39,856 nt of DNA, taken from the IMG/VR virus record IMGVR_UViG_3300027132_000047, positions 1 through 39,856 of that record. The stretch is one strand, 5' to 3'. This stretch comes from a virus. Taxonomy: Duplodnaviria; Caudoviricetes. Below, piece by piece: positions 1-10,200 of this stretch. Made by a program: the position numbers and the translations under genes. A model generated the notes under the pieces. It was not told the origin of the DNA, made no database searches, and worked only from the letters and a program-made list of their open reading frames with translations. Positions within the stretch are counted from its first letter, which is position 1. Each line of letters starts with the position of its first letter.

Positions 1-1476
1 TTTGTAGTTCAACCATATGATGGTTCAGTTGCCTTATTTAATGTATTAGCTACAGGAGCAGCTACATTCTCAAGTAGTGTAACGGCATATAGCTTATCAT
101 TAACAAATGAAATTAATGCAGGTCAAGGTAGATTTAGCGGTTGGTATACGGCAGGTGGTGGACTTGCGGTTGAAGTAGGAGTATCTGGTGGAGTTGGTAA
201 TGTATTAGCTTATAATAGAAGCACAGGTAATTATTCTACCCTTGCATTAAACGGTGGTTCTGGCGGTGCTTCTTCAACACAAATTTGGATTAACGCAACA
301 GGAGTAGGTATAGGTACTACATCGCCAAGTGCAAGGCTAAATGTATCAGGAGATATTCATATTGGAGATTACGGAACTGCTTCTTTAAGAACTTTAGATT
401 TAAGGTCAAGCAATTCTATATTATCAATACAAACAGACGGAACTTCAGGTTCGTTAGGTACAAATATAATTTACTCTTGGGCGAATGGTGGGCAAGGTCC
501 TCTAAGATTTAGCAATGCTTCTGGCGAAGTTATGAGGTTGGCAGGGAATGGTAACGTAGGTATAGGTACTACAAGCCCTAACAATACGTTAACTGTAAAT
601 GCAGGCGCAGCTAATAAAGGTATTGATTTAACTATTAACGGTACTACAACTATTGCTCGGTTTGGTATAACAGACCCAAATGTAAATAACAACGCTTATA
701 TTGGTGGATTTTCAAATAATGATTTTTTAATCTATAGTAATAGTGCCGAACGTATGCGCATAACAAATGGTGGTGCATTATTGATTAATCAATCAACATC
801 TTATCACGGAGCATATTTAGCATTAAATGGAAAACTACATTATTCTGCTGTCGGTGGTGATATAGGTGGCACTATCTACTCTACATGGACACAAGGAAGT
901 AATGGAACTGAATATTATGCAGGTGATTTAAAATTTCAATATTTTACTAATAAAGGAAGCGGATATACTTTATATGATGGAATGATTTTAGATGGTGCTG
1001 GAAGATTAGGTATAGGTACTAACTCGCCGGGTACTACTTTAGATATTTCTGTTGCTGAAGCATCGTTAAGATTAACATCTACTACAGGAACTAATTTTAC
1101 AAACCAAAGAATTGTAAATACAGGCGGCACTTTATGGAGTGGTATAGAAAGGTCTACAGGTGGGGTATTAGGAATTACAGGTGCCTATGAAGCCTTTTTA
1201 CTTTATGGCGCAGACAACCCAATGTATATTGGAACAGGAAATTCTTTCTTAAGGTTTGGTACAAATTCTACCGAACGTATGCGCATAACTTCGGGGGGTA
1301 ACGTAGAAATAAACACAGGCTCAATAAAGACAGGAGAACCAGACACGGGTTGGGGTAGAGCAGCAATCAAAATAGGAGCAAGTGTAAGCGGCACTGCGTT
1401 TAACGTAACTCGTTACTTACCTGTAAGCGTAGACGGAACAGTATATTATATTAATTTAAATAGTTCAACACCTTAA
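1..1476 (+). CDS. Tail fibre / receptor-binding protein, 5'-truncated by the window
   Basis: Frame 1 is open from base 1 (FVVQPYDG...) through the track ORF 532..1476. It has repeated GNVGIGTTSP and ERMRIT modules typical of phage fibres. Confidence 0.85.
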   Translation, partial: FVVQPYDGSVALFNVLATGAATFSSSVTAYSLSLTNEINAGQGRFSGWYTAGGGLAVEVGVSGGVGNVLAYNRSTGNYSTLALNGGSGGASSTQIWINATGVGIGTTSPSARLNVSGDIHIGDYGTASLRTLDLRSSNSILSIQTDGTSGSLGTNIIYSWANGGQGPLRFSNASGEVMRLAGNGNVGIGTTSPNNTLTVNAGAANKGIDLTINGTTTIARFGITDPNVNNNAYIGGFSNNDFLIYSNSAERMRITNGGALLINQSTSYHGAYLALNGKLHYSAVGGDIGGTIYSTWTQGSNGTEYYAGDLKFQYFTNKGSGYTLYDGMILDGAGRLGIGTNSPGTTLDISVAEASLRLTSTTGTNFTNQRIVNTGGTLWSGIERSTGGVLGITGAYEAFLLYGADNPMYIGTGNSFLRFGTNSTERMRITSGGNVEINTGSIKTGEPDTGWGRAAIKIGASVSGTAFNVTRYLPVSVDGTVYYINLNSSTP

Positions 1477-1478
1477 AA

Positions 1479-1862
1479 ATGGCATTAGAAACAAAATGGG
1501 TAGTGGTTCAAATGGACACTGCCCCAAGCGAAGATGGTTTAACCGATGTAGTTAAACGAGTACATTACAGATACGAAGGTACAGACGAACAATACTTTGC
1601 AGAAGTTTACGGAGTATTATCTTGTGCTACACCTTCGGCAACCGACTTTACTGCTTATGCAGATTTAACTTATTCTAAAGTAGTTGAATGGTTAGCAGAT
1701 GGCTTAGATGACCACGCTTTAGATAGCAACCTTGAGGCGCAAATCGAGAACCTTAAAAACCCCCCTATTGTAAATTTGCCTTTGCCATGGGTCCCAGCTC
1801 CTGTACCTCCAACATCAATTGTTGAAGAACCTGTAACAACAAACAATGAAGAAAGTATTTAA
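1479..1862 (+). CDS. Putative tail fibre assembly/accessory protein
   Basis: Lies directly after the fibre. Its V-HY-Y...F..Y..LT...V..W...PLPW pattern is common in fibre-adjacent phage proteins. Confidence 0.6.
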   Translation: MALETKWVVVQMDTAPSEDGLTDVVKRVHYRYEGTDEQYFAEVYGVLSCATPSATDFTAYADLTYSKVVEWLADGLDDHALDSNLEAQIENLKNPPIVNLPLPWVPAPVPPTSIVEEPVTTNNEESI

Positions 1863-2106
1863 TTGGATGGGGGGATTTTTCTCCTCAGAGAGTAATAACT
1901 CTAGTAAAAGATTAGTGGGCATTATTGGGGCAGGTTTTCTTTATTGGACCTTATACACCAACTCTATGTCAGAGGCTCATGTAGTACCTGCAGAATCGCT
2001 TGTATGGGCTACTACAGCCCTTGTAATGGTTTCTTTAGGTCTAACTACCATTGAGTCTGTTACGGGGCTAATCAAGGGATTTAAACAAGGTAAAACGGAG
2101 GAGTAA
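1846..2106 (+). CDS. Holin-like two-TM membrane protein
   Basis: SSKR motif followed by two hydrophobic helices and a charged C-terminus. Confidence 0.55.
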   Translation: MKKVFNWMGGFFSSESNNSSKRLVGIIGAGFLYWTLYTNSMSEAHVVPAESLVWATTALVMVSLGLTTIESVTGLIKGFKQGKTEE

Positions 2107-2481
2107 ATGAAAAAAGGTATAACAAGATTTATGCAAATATTTCTTTACTCGGACTCTGAGCCAAACGAGGTTTTGATTGGTGTATTACACGCACTGATAC
2201 TTCCGTTTGCTATGTTTGAGTTAGGCGACCCTTATCTAATCTTACAGGTCATAGCTTCATTTGTAGGCTTTTTTCAGCTCTATGCGGTGCTATATGATGG
2301 TTCATTAAAAATTAGAAAGATAGCGGTGCAGCTTGCTACTATGATTGCATTAGGAACTGTAATCAACTATTACCAAATGGGTATGCTAAAGGGTAGCAAT
2401 TTTGGTTGGTTATTGATATTAATTTTTGCAATATGGAATTTAATTAGAGTAACAAAAGAGCATATTCAAAAAATTAAATAA
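2107..2481 (+). CDS. Four-TM membrane protein
   Basis: Four hydrophobic segments, within the lysis cluster. Confidence 0.6.
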   Translation: MKKGITRFMQIFLYSDSEPNEVLIGVLHALILPFAMFELGDPYLILQVIASFVGFFQLYAVLYDGSLKIRKIAVQLATMIALGTVINYYQMGMLKGSNFGWLLILIFAIWNLIRVTKEHIQKIK

Positions 2482-2786
2482 TGGACATAACTACAATACT
2501 TGTAACTTCTATTACTGTTTTAGGTGGTGCTGGTGCTTGGAAGTTCTACGAGGAAAGAATGAAAATAAAGCATACAGAAAAGAGCATAGAAAAAAAAGAC
2601 GAAAATTTATATAGAGATGATTTGAGGGAAAGGGTAATAATCTTGGAGCAAAAACTTGAAACATCTATAAAGGAGAAGCACGATTTAATAACTAAAATGA
2701 GTGATATAAAACAAGAGATGACTGAGTATAAAGTTCGGCTTCAATTTTTAGAAAAAGAAAACGAAAGACTAAAGTATAAAAATTAA
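2481..2786 (+). CDS. N-terminal TM plus coiled-coil protein
   Basis: ITTILVTSITVLGGAGAW followed by a heptad-rich charged region. Confidence 0.6.
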   Translation: MDITTILVTSITVLGGAGAWKFYEERMKIKHTEKSIEKKDENLYRDDLRERVIILEQKLETSIKEKHDLITKMSDIKQEMTEYKVRLQFLEKENERLKYKN

Positions 2787-2790
2787 ATTA

Positions 2791-3084
2791 ATGGCAAAAG
2801 CAATAAGAAAAAAAGCGGAAGAGTCAGGAGGCTTAAAGATAGGTGCTAATCCTTTACCTATTTCATTCAAAGAGTTTAGCAAGAATCCGGTTGTTGGCAT
2901 GTTATTTTTATGCATCTGCGGTATCAGTTATTTATATGTGGACAATGCAAAGCGTAATGAAAAGCAAGATGAAAAGATAGGTGCTTTGTATGAAATGGTG
3001 CGCAAAAGCGATAGCAGTAATGCAGCTTCTACCGCCAGACTAGAAATGGCCGTGGATCTAAAGGCTCTTAAAAAGTTTAAGTAA
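2791..3084 (+). CDS. Single-TM protein (possible i-spanin-like)
   Basis: TM segment VVGMLFLCICGISYLYV followed by a short coiled coil. Coupled to the next lipoprotein gene. Confidence 0.45.
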   Translation: MAKAIRKKAEESGGLKIGANPLPISFKEFSKNPVVGMLFLCICGISYLYVDNAKRNEKQDEKIGALYEMVRKSDSSNAASTARLEMAVDLKALKKFK

Positions 3085-3371
3085 TGAGATTCTTATTTAT
3101 CCTTCTACTTGTAGGATGCGGGCATAGTGACGACAGCATGAATGATCTTATTAATAAGGTTAATAAGAGTCAAGAGGACAGTAAGAGGGTTCAGGTAGAA
3201 TCCTCGAACGATAACAAGAAAGTTATTACTAAGACTGTAAAAACTATAGTCACCCTAAAGCAGGAAGTAAAAGAATTAAAAACAGAATTAAATGAAGTTA
3301 AGAGTAAGCTGGATTCCGCTAATTCTATTGATACTGGCTCCAAATTTAAGTTCAAGCCAATCAGTCGTTAA
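3084..3371 (+). CDS. Lipoprotein with coiled coil (possible o-spanin-like)
   Basis: MRFLFILLLVG-C lipobox and a coiled coil. Confidence 0.55.
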   Translation: MRFLFILLLVGCGHSDDSMNDLINKVNKSQEDSKRVQVESSNDNKKVITKTVKTIVTLKQEVKELKTELNEVKSKLDSANSIDTGSKFKFKPISR

Positions 3372-3735
3372 GAAGATTGGTGGCGAGGAGAGGATAATTA
3401 TTAGTAAGCAGGAGGGCGAAAAGATTAATGCAGCATTTGATAGCTTAGAGGCGCTTGTTTCTATAAAAGACAAGAAGATCGACAGCCTTATGTTGCAAAA
3501 TAAAAAGCACGCTGACAGCTTAAGTATTGTTATACTATCTAGTAGGGATACGTTTAGTATTAAAAACAAAATACCATATGACACTCTAACTGATTATAAA
3601 TCAAGGTATTATAAAAATATAGCAATATATGAGCAGTATGAAAAGGATATGAATTTTGAAATAAAACTTCATAGACTGAACAGTGTTCTGTTTGCTGCCT
3701 TAACTTTGTTCTTATATTCTAGAATAAATAATTAG
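3292..3735 (+). CDS. Signal-peptide protein with C-terminal hydrophobic anchor
   Basis: N-terminal signal and C-terminal VLFAALTLFLY. Overlaps the upstream lipoprotein gene by 80 nt. Confidence 0.55.
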   Translation: MKLRVSWIPLILLILAPNLSSSQSVVKKIGGEERIIISKQEGEKINAAFDSLEALVSIKDKKIDSLMLQNKKHADSLSIVILSSRDTFSIKNKIPYDTLTDYKSRYYKNIAIYEQYEKDMNFEIKLHRLNSVLFAALTLFLYSRINN

Positions 3736-3771
3736 GGGGTATATTTTTTATTATTTGAAAAATATCATCCT

Positions 3772-3779
3772 TATTTTTG
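3772..3779 (+). promoter_or_regulatory. Bacteroidota-type -7 promoter box (TATTTTTG)
   Basis: Matches TAnnTTTG in an intergenic gap 22 nt before ATG 3802. A similar CATTTTTG lies at 11563-11570. Confidence 0.45.
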
Positions 3780-3801
3780 CTTATTAATTAAACCAACATT
3801 T

Positions 3802-4080
3802 ATGTTAGATTTCAACAAACCACTTACTGGCCTTGATGGCTTAGAAGTAAAAGACGAGAAAAATGAGTCACTACCTGTAGGAAAGCTTTTAGCTGGACAA
3901 TTGGCTAGTGCAAACAAAGGTGACGCTTTAAAGTTATTTACTTGGGCTCAGAAGATTTACAATGGTGAATCTTTAGACCTAGATAAATCTGATGAAGGTA
4001 CCTTAAAGGAATTTATTAAATCAAATGAGCAAATGACTGTGCTTGCGAAAGCTCAGATCCTAGCTTGCTTTAAGGATTAA
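3802..4080 (+). CDS. Hypothetical protein
   Basis: 92-aa ORF with an A-rich start context. Confidence 0.75.
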   Translation: MLDFNKPLTGLDGLEVKDEKNESLPVGKLLAGQLASANKGDALKLFTWAQKIYNGESLDLDKSDEGTLKEFIKSNEQMTVLAKAQILACFKD

Positions 4081-4082
4081 AA

Positions 4083-4373
4083 ATGGAGAAAGATTTCCAA
4101 TCAGAGTTAGAAAAGATGGATAACAGATTGACAGAGTTAGAGTCTAAGATAGACAATATTGACAGTAAGTTAAATCAAGTCGTTGAAGCTCTGGTTGGGA
4201 ATCCCCTCATGGGTAAGGGCGCAGGTCTTGTTAGCAAGATAAACCACCTAGAAAGGGAGATTGAGGACCTCCGTGATTTTAAAAAGAAAATTATTTATAC
4301 CGTATCGGCGATTGTTTCAGTAGGCATAGTCGTACAGTATTTTATCACTACATATAGATCTTTAGGGAAATGA
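4083..4373 (+). CDS. Coiled-coil protein with C-terminal TM (XhlA/holin-like topology)
   Basis: Heptad repeats followed by IIYTVSAIVSVGIVVQYFI. Confidence 0.6.
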   Translation: MEKDFQSELEKMDNRLTELESKIDNIDSKLNQVVEALVGNPLMGKGAGLVSKINHLEREIEDLRDFKKKIIYTVSAIVSVGIVVQYFITTYRSLGK

Positions 4374-4915
4374 GGTTACTAATATTTTTGATATTACTTA
4401 TAGCATGTAACCCCGTAAAGCAGGTACTTAAAGATCCAGAAAAATTTGAGAAGGTAAAGGATGCTGTCATTAGAAGTGGCGCCTGCATTAACGATACCAT
4501 TACAGTAGAGAATACTAAGGATTCTGTTATATATAAGGATTCTATAGTAGAAAAAACATTGAATGTTCCGTGCCCAGATTTTGAAAAGAATCTACCAGAC
4601 GGGACCGTAATTAAAATCAGCTCGGGGGTATTAACCTACCAACACAACTGCAAAGAAAAAGAAGTTATTAGAACTACTACTAAAACTAATAACATAAGAG
4701 ATAGAGCGCTTGAGAACATTCTTAAGGGCGACATACAGAAAAGAGACAGCGCCATCGCTGCGTATGTTAAGTTATACAGTCAAACGCAAGAGGAACTAAG
4801 GAGTGCTAAGAAGGAAAACACAAAGCTTAAGTTAAAGTTTTGGGCTATCATTCTAGCTGCCGGTGCAATAATATTTCGTAAACAAATATTCAAAATAGCT
4901 CGTGTCTTTATTTAA
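4370..4915 (+). CDS. Lipoprotein with C-terminal TM (unimolecular spanin-like)
   Basis: MRLLIFLILLIA-C lipobox, plus C-terminal FWAIILAAGAIIF and a basic tail. Confidence 0.6.
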   Translation: MRLLIFLILLIACNPVKQVLKDPEKFEKVKDAVIRSGACINDTITVENTKDSVIYKDSIVEKTLNVPCPDFEKNLPDGTVIKISSGVLTYQHNCKEKEVIRTTTKTNNIRDRALENILKGDIQKRDSAIAAYVKLYSQTQEELRSAKKENTKLKLKFWAIILAAGAIIFRKQIFKIARVFI

Positions 4916-5180
4916 AGTTTCAGCAGCAAGAGATGGTAAGCATGCATGGCAGGCTACTGGCAAGAACCCTAAGACTGGTCGTGAGATCACAATTAAGGGT
5001 GGCGAGCCTAAGCACCGTGGCAAGTGGGGATTGAAGGGCGGTAAAAGTGAAGGTCAGGTTAAAAGCTACTTTGCAAGACACGCTGCGAATAAAAGTCCTA
5101 AGGGTTATATAAACGACAAGAATTGGAGAGAAGGTTCCCAGATAGGAAAAACTGTAAACATACCTAATAACAGGTTCTAA
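4902..5180 (+). CDS. Small basic (K/G-rich) protein, possibly nucleic-acid-binding
   Basis: GTG start, strongly basic, contains KSYFARH. Confidence 0.6.
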   Translation: MSLFKVSAARDGKHAWQATGKNPKTGREITIKGGEPKHRGKWGLKGGKSEGQVKSYFARHAANKSPKGYINDKNWREGSQIGKTVNIPNNRF

Positions 5181-5881
5181 TGAACATACAAGATATACAT
5201 AACGTCATACTGTTTTATCTAAACAAAGCTCAGCAGGGTTTTGTAACTCACTCAGAGATAGATCAGGTATTGGATAGAGCTCAGATGGCGTTATTCAATA
5301 AGTACCACTCTAACCCTATGATATACACCATCCCCGGTGCAAAAGAAAAGGTTGGGTACGGAGACTCACAAAGAATGGATGACGCTCTAGCGCCGTTCAA
5401 AGCTACATACACATTCACAAATAACGATACACCCGGCGGTGTAATATCTATGCCGTCTCAATATATGCACCTTATTGCTTTATACACTAGCTTGTATAAC
5501 AATCAGTTACAAAGAAACGTAATTAGTGCAGTTCAGGTTTTATCTGAAGAGGAGTTGATAGAGAGATTAAACTCTCAAGTTATTCCGGTAACGACAGATG
5601 ATCCTATTGCAATTATGAACGCCGCTAAGAAGATCCAGCTATTCCCCGACCAGCCATCTGCTGGTAAGGTTTATTACTTTAAGAGACCAGCTGTTCCTTT
5701 ATTTGCGTACACTCAATCAGGGCGTACTATCACATACAACTCTGGTGGATCTACACAGCTTGAATGGAATGAGGCTGATATTAATAATGTAATTGTAGAG
5801 GCTTTATCGTACTATGGATTGAATCTTCAGTCTGGTGATGTGGTACAATTCGCTCAACAAAAAATAAGTGAAGGACAATAA
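5180..5881 (+). CDS. Putative tail ring/adaptor protein (crAss/phi14:2-like)
   Basis: N-terminal LNKAQQGFVTHSEID..L.RAQ pattern. First of three coupled 200-250 aa genes before the muzzle-like gene. Confidence 0.6.
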   Translation: MNIQDIHNVILFYLNKAQQGFVTHSEIDQVLDRAQMALFNKYHSNPMIYTIPGAKEKVGYGDSQRMDDALAPFKATYTFTNNDTPGGVISMPSQYMHLIALYTSLYNNQLQRNVISAVQVLSEEELIERLNSQVIPVTTDDPIAIMNAAKKIQLFPDQPSAGKVYYFKRPAVPLFAYTQSGRTITYNSGGSTQLEWNEADINNVIVEALSYYGLNLQSGDVVQFAQQKISEGQ

Positions 5882-6498
5882 TGGCAACTACTAAATATAA
5901 AATATCGGAACAGATACAGAGGTTATTGAAAGGTAATCCTGTTATTAGTGCTCGTGTTCATATCAATGATGTTAAGTTATTGGTGGCGCAAGTTGCTAAC
6001 CAGTTGTTGAAGACTGAGACGTTTACTGTTAACATGGCTGAGGGTGATACAATTCCCCCGAACTGCATGATTTACACATACGAATCTGTTCCAGTTACAA
6101 CATACCAGACATCAAAAAGTAGATGCACTCTACCGTCAATACCAATTAATCTTCCTAAGAATATTGGAGTATTCCATATATCTAAGACTGATGCTATTGA
6201 CGAACCATTCATCCCTATCCCATCTGGGTTATACGGAATAGTAAAACCACAGGTATTACTTGGCGAACTTAGTGGGCTTATTGGGTACGAAGTATTTGGT
6301 AGCACTGTTGTGTTTACTAAGAACTTACCGGGCATGAGTGTTAATAATGTTTTTATTCGCCTTGTTGGCGTTGATTTAAATACTGTTGATGACTACACGA
6401 TCCTACCTATATCTTCTGATATGGAAGCTCAGATAGTTCAGACTGTATTTAATATTCTTGTTCAGGCTCCTCCAGCAGATAAACAAACTAACGACTAA
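5881..6498 (+). CDS. Putative tail ring protein
   Basis: Size, synteny and the C-terminal LPISSDMEAQIV pattern. Confidence 0.55.
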   Translation: MATTKYKISEQIQRLLKGNPVISARVHINDVKLLVAQVANQLLKTETFTVNMAEGDTIPPNCMIYTYESVPVTTYQTSKSRCTLPSIPINLPKNIGVFHISKTDAIDEPFIPIPSGLYGIVKPQVLLGELSGLIGYEVFGSTVVFTKNLPGMSVNNVFIRLVGVDLNTVDDYTILPISSDMEAQIVQTVFNILVQAPPADKQTND

Positions 6499-7259
6499 TG
6501 AAAGTATATACTTTAAATAATATAGTGAGAGGTGCGTTGATGTCTAGAGGATATCCTATGCACTTCTATTTGCAATTCTTACACTACGGCGTACAGTGCT
6601 TACGTGAATTAAATTTTGATGTACTTCAGAATGTAAAGAGCGTAAGGCTTCCGGTTAATAGCTATAAGGCGTGCACGTTGCCTATCGACTTTGTTGACTA
6701 CATAAGAGTAGGTACAGAACTTGGTGAGTACATAGATCCATGGGGTCCAAAAGAATCTTTTAACCGCCTAAATAAGTTTGATTCTCAAGGCAATAAAATA
6801 CCTTACGCAGATGTGGAATCGCAGAACTATTATCTACCAGCGAACTTCGACGGACTCTGGTATACAAATTATGCTAATGACAAAGGCGAACTTACGGGTA
6901 GAATATACAATGCTCAGCCTACTTTTCGACATTCATTCGAGATCGTTAGAGAAAGAAATGAGATACAACTAGACACTAGCTATAAGGGTACTGAGATTAC
7001 TATGGACTATCTAACAGATGGTTTAACAATTGATGCATCTAATGCAATACACCCATATGCTTCTGCAACCATAGAAGCTTATATCATATGGAAGATGAAA
7101 GATAATGGTCGCCAATATAACTTAGGTGATCGTGAATCTTCTAAGCAGGAATTTTACAATCAGCTTAGAATACTAAAAGGTAGAATGAACCCGATGGATA
7201 TAAACGATGTAAGAAGATCTCTTGCATACGGTTACGGTCCTACGATAAAAAATGCTTAA
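6498..7259 (+). CDS. Putative tail ring (tubular) protein
   Basis: RELNFD...LPIDFVDYIRVG motif resembles crAss-like ring proteins. Confidence 0.6.
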   Translation: MKVYTLNNIVRGALMSRGYPMHFYLQFLHYGVQCLRELNFDVLQNVKSVRLPVNSYKACTLPIDFVDYIRVGTELGEYIDPWGPKESFNRLNKFDSQGNKIPYADVESQNYYLPANFDGLWYTNYANDKGELTGRIYNAQPTFRHSFEIVRERNEIQLDTSYKGTEITMDYLTDGLTIDASNAIHPYASATIEAYIIWKMKDNGRQYNLGDRESSKQEFYNQLRILKGRMNPMDINDVRRSLAYGYGPTIKNA

Positions 7260-10200
7260 TGCCAAATACAAAGAAAATACCTATCGGTGGATTAAACACC
7301 GATGATGCAGAGTACCTATTAGATCCTAAGGAATATCTTGGCGGTCTTAATATTCGTTTTGCTACAACTGAGAATGGTCAGGTGGGTAAAATTTCTAACG
7401 TAGAAGGTACTATAGAAAAGACGCAGACACTTAATGAGTTTGGCGTTAGGAGTACATTTAATCTACCTGCTGGCACCAACGAAACAATTGGCGCGTACGA
7501 AGATACTTCTAACAGAAGAATCATTTGGTTTAACTGGAACTCTAGTGGATCACATGGCGTTTATTGTTATGATTTTGATACAGATTTAATTTATACTGTA
7601 CTTAAGAACGCCGACGTAACTGGTGGGTTAAACTTCCAGAGATCTAAGTTTATGCATAGCATAGCTCATATAGATAACATTATCTTTTGGACCGATGATT
7701 TCAATGAGCCAAGAAGAATAAACGTAGAGAGAGGTATTAAAACAAACCACCCTACATACGTTAGTAATGAAGGTACATACACTATACCTCTTGCTCAGTC
7801 AGCTATAACAATCATACGCCCTCAGCCAGTATACCCAGCAAACGTTGGATTCTATACTACAGTCAATGGCGCCGATGATTTAAATTTCGACACATACCAA
7901 TCTACTTATAGATTTGTTTATAAAGATAAGGAGTACAGTACATTCTGTACTTATTCAACTATACTTCCAACAGCAGGTGCTCTTGGCTACTTTAAATTCA
8001 TTATACCATTAGAACAGAAAATACCATCAGATATCGAAAAGATAGAGATGGCTGTTAGGTTTGGTATCAGTGGTAAATTATCTATAGTTCGTACTTGGTA
8101 TGCGGATAAGGATGCTGCTGCAATCGCTGCACATAACGCTGGCACTACAGCACTTGAATTCGACTACTATAATAATACTTTAGGAGTTAACGTTGACGAT
8201 GCTACGGCATCTAAGCCGTTTGATAGTGTACCAAGATTAGCTGGTACATTAGATATAACAAAGAATAGATTGTTCATGGGCGATATCCTACTTGGGTATG
8301 ACGCGCCGAATACAACATCTATTACACTGTCGCTATCTAATACAGCTGGTAGCAATGGTATGCCTGTATTTAAAAGCGGTTCTAGCTATAAGTATGGCGT
8401 TGTATTCTACGACGACTTTGGTAGATTCTGCGGTGTTGTTCCCGGTCCTTCTATAAGTGTACCAGACAGAACAGAGATTAATAGCCAGTTCGCTATTGGT
8501 ATCAACTGGACATTAAGTAACGCAAACGCAATAAACGAAATACCTGATTGGGCTAAATACTTCTCTGTAGTTAGAACAAAGAATAAGAGAACAGGATTCT
8601 TCCAGCAGTTTAAATCATCAGAGCTACGTGTAGCTTCAAAGAATGACGCTGGTGAGTATGTTCTAGGATTAGACACAACAAACGTAAAGGTGTTTGGTCT
8701 TGCAATAAAAGCTTCTGATCTATCTTTATTTGGTCAGGGGTATTCTTACCAACAGGGCGATCTTGTTAACATATATAACGGTCTTGTTAAATATACATCT
8801 AGAGTTTTAGATACATATTCTGATTTTATTATTGTTGAGTATGTATTAATCAGCAATCCATTAACATCTAACGATGAGGTTATTGTTGAGGTTTATTCTC
8901 CAAAGAAGACTTCTGAGAATGAAATCTTTTACGAGATTGCAAACAAAACTCCAATACTTAATCCGGGTACATCAACAAGAACTTATGGAGACTTGTTCTC
9001 TACAACTGGCGGTGATGTTACTTTAAAGACAAGAACTCGACCAGACACTACAACATACATCGTTGAGACAATGAACTATAACGATGGTATTTATACAGTA
9101 TGGGCGGACAATACAGGTCGTGCAGCTATTGAGATAAATGACAAGGTTGAAAGACTTAACACAGCAGTTTGTTATAGCAATGTATTTAACACAGCTAACA
9201 ATGGGCTTGTTTCTTTTGATGCATTATCTGTATCAATACTTCCATTAGATCTTGGCGCTATTGAAAAATTGATTAGCACATCTAAGGTTCAGTTCGAGGG
9301 AACTGTCATGTTAGCTATTGGTCAACAAGAGACCGCTTCTTTGTACATAGGAGAGACTCAGATATTCGATGCAAGTGGATCTTCATTCATTGCAAAGAGC
9401 TCGGGGGTAATAGGACAGGTTAACATATTAAGAGGAAGCTACGGAACAATAAACCCTGAGAGTGTTTACGAATGGAGCGGTGAGGTTTTATTTTTTGATA
9501 CAACTAAAGGTAGCTGGGTAAGATACAACAATCAGGGGCTATCTGAGATATCTCTAATAAAGATGTCTAAGTACTTTAAGAAGATAGGTTCAGATATATT
9601 AAACTATTATAAATCGCCAGAGACTTATAACTTTGCGAATAACAATTCCCCTATAAGGGTTCTTGGTGGTGTTGATCCTTTCCATACGGAGTACTTGATG
9701 AACATGCCAAGGATGACTGTTATCCCTCAGAACGAGGTTTTAACAGACATGGAGCTAGGGTCTAATACATATGCGTACACTCTAGCGCTTGCTACATTAG
9801 TGGCGGTTCCAGAAACCCTTACAGGTTTTACATACGAACTTGGTTTTGGACCATCTGCGTCTCAGACATTTGTTCTTACTGGTACAAACTTAAGAACAGG
9901 TATGATTGCAACTGTTACTGGCACCACGGACTATGAGGTGTCTTTAAACAATACAGCTTTCTCTCAGTCTGTTTCTATAGCAGAGGTGGGTAGCGCTATA
10001 TCTAGTACGGTATACGTTAGATTAAAGGCTGGCAGAGTTGTAGGTAACTATAATTCTCAGACTATTAATTGTCAAACGCAGAATGCAGAGCTATCTGATA
10101 CTGTTGTTTGTAGTGGTAGTGTTACTGCTAATGTTACTCCGAGAATTATTGCAACCCCGAGCTCGCTCACTGGGCTTGATTATGTTGAAGGATTTGGGCC

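Noticed and set aside
1-1476. Diversity-generating retroelement acting on the fibre
   Set aside because: No reverse transcriptase and no TR/VR pair with adenine-specific differences in the window.
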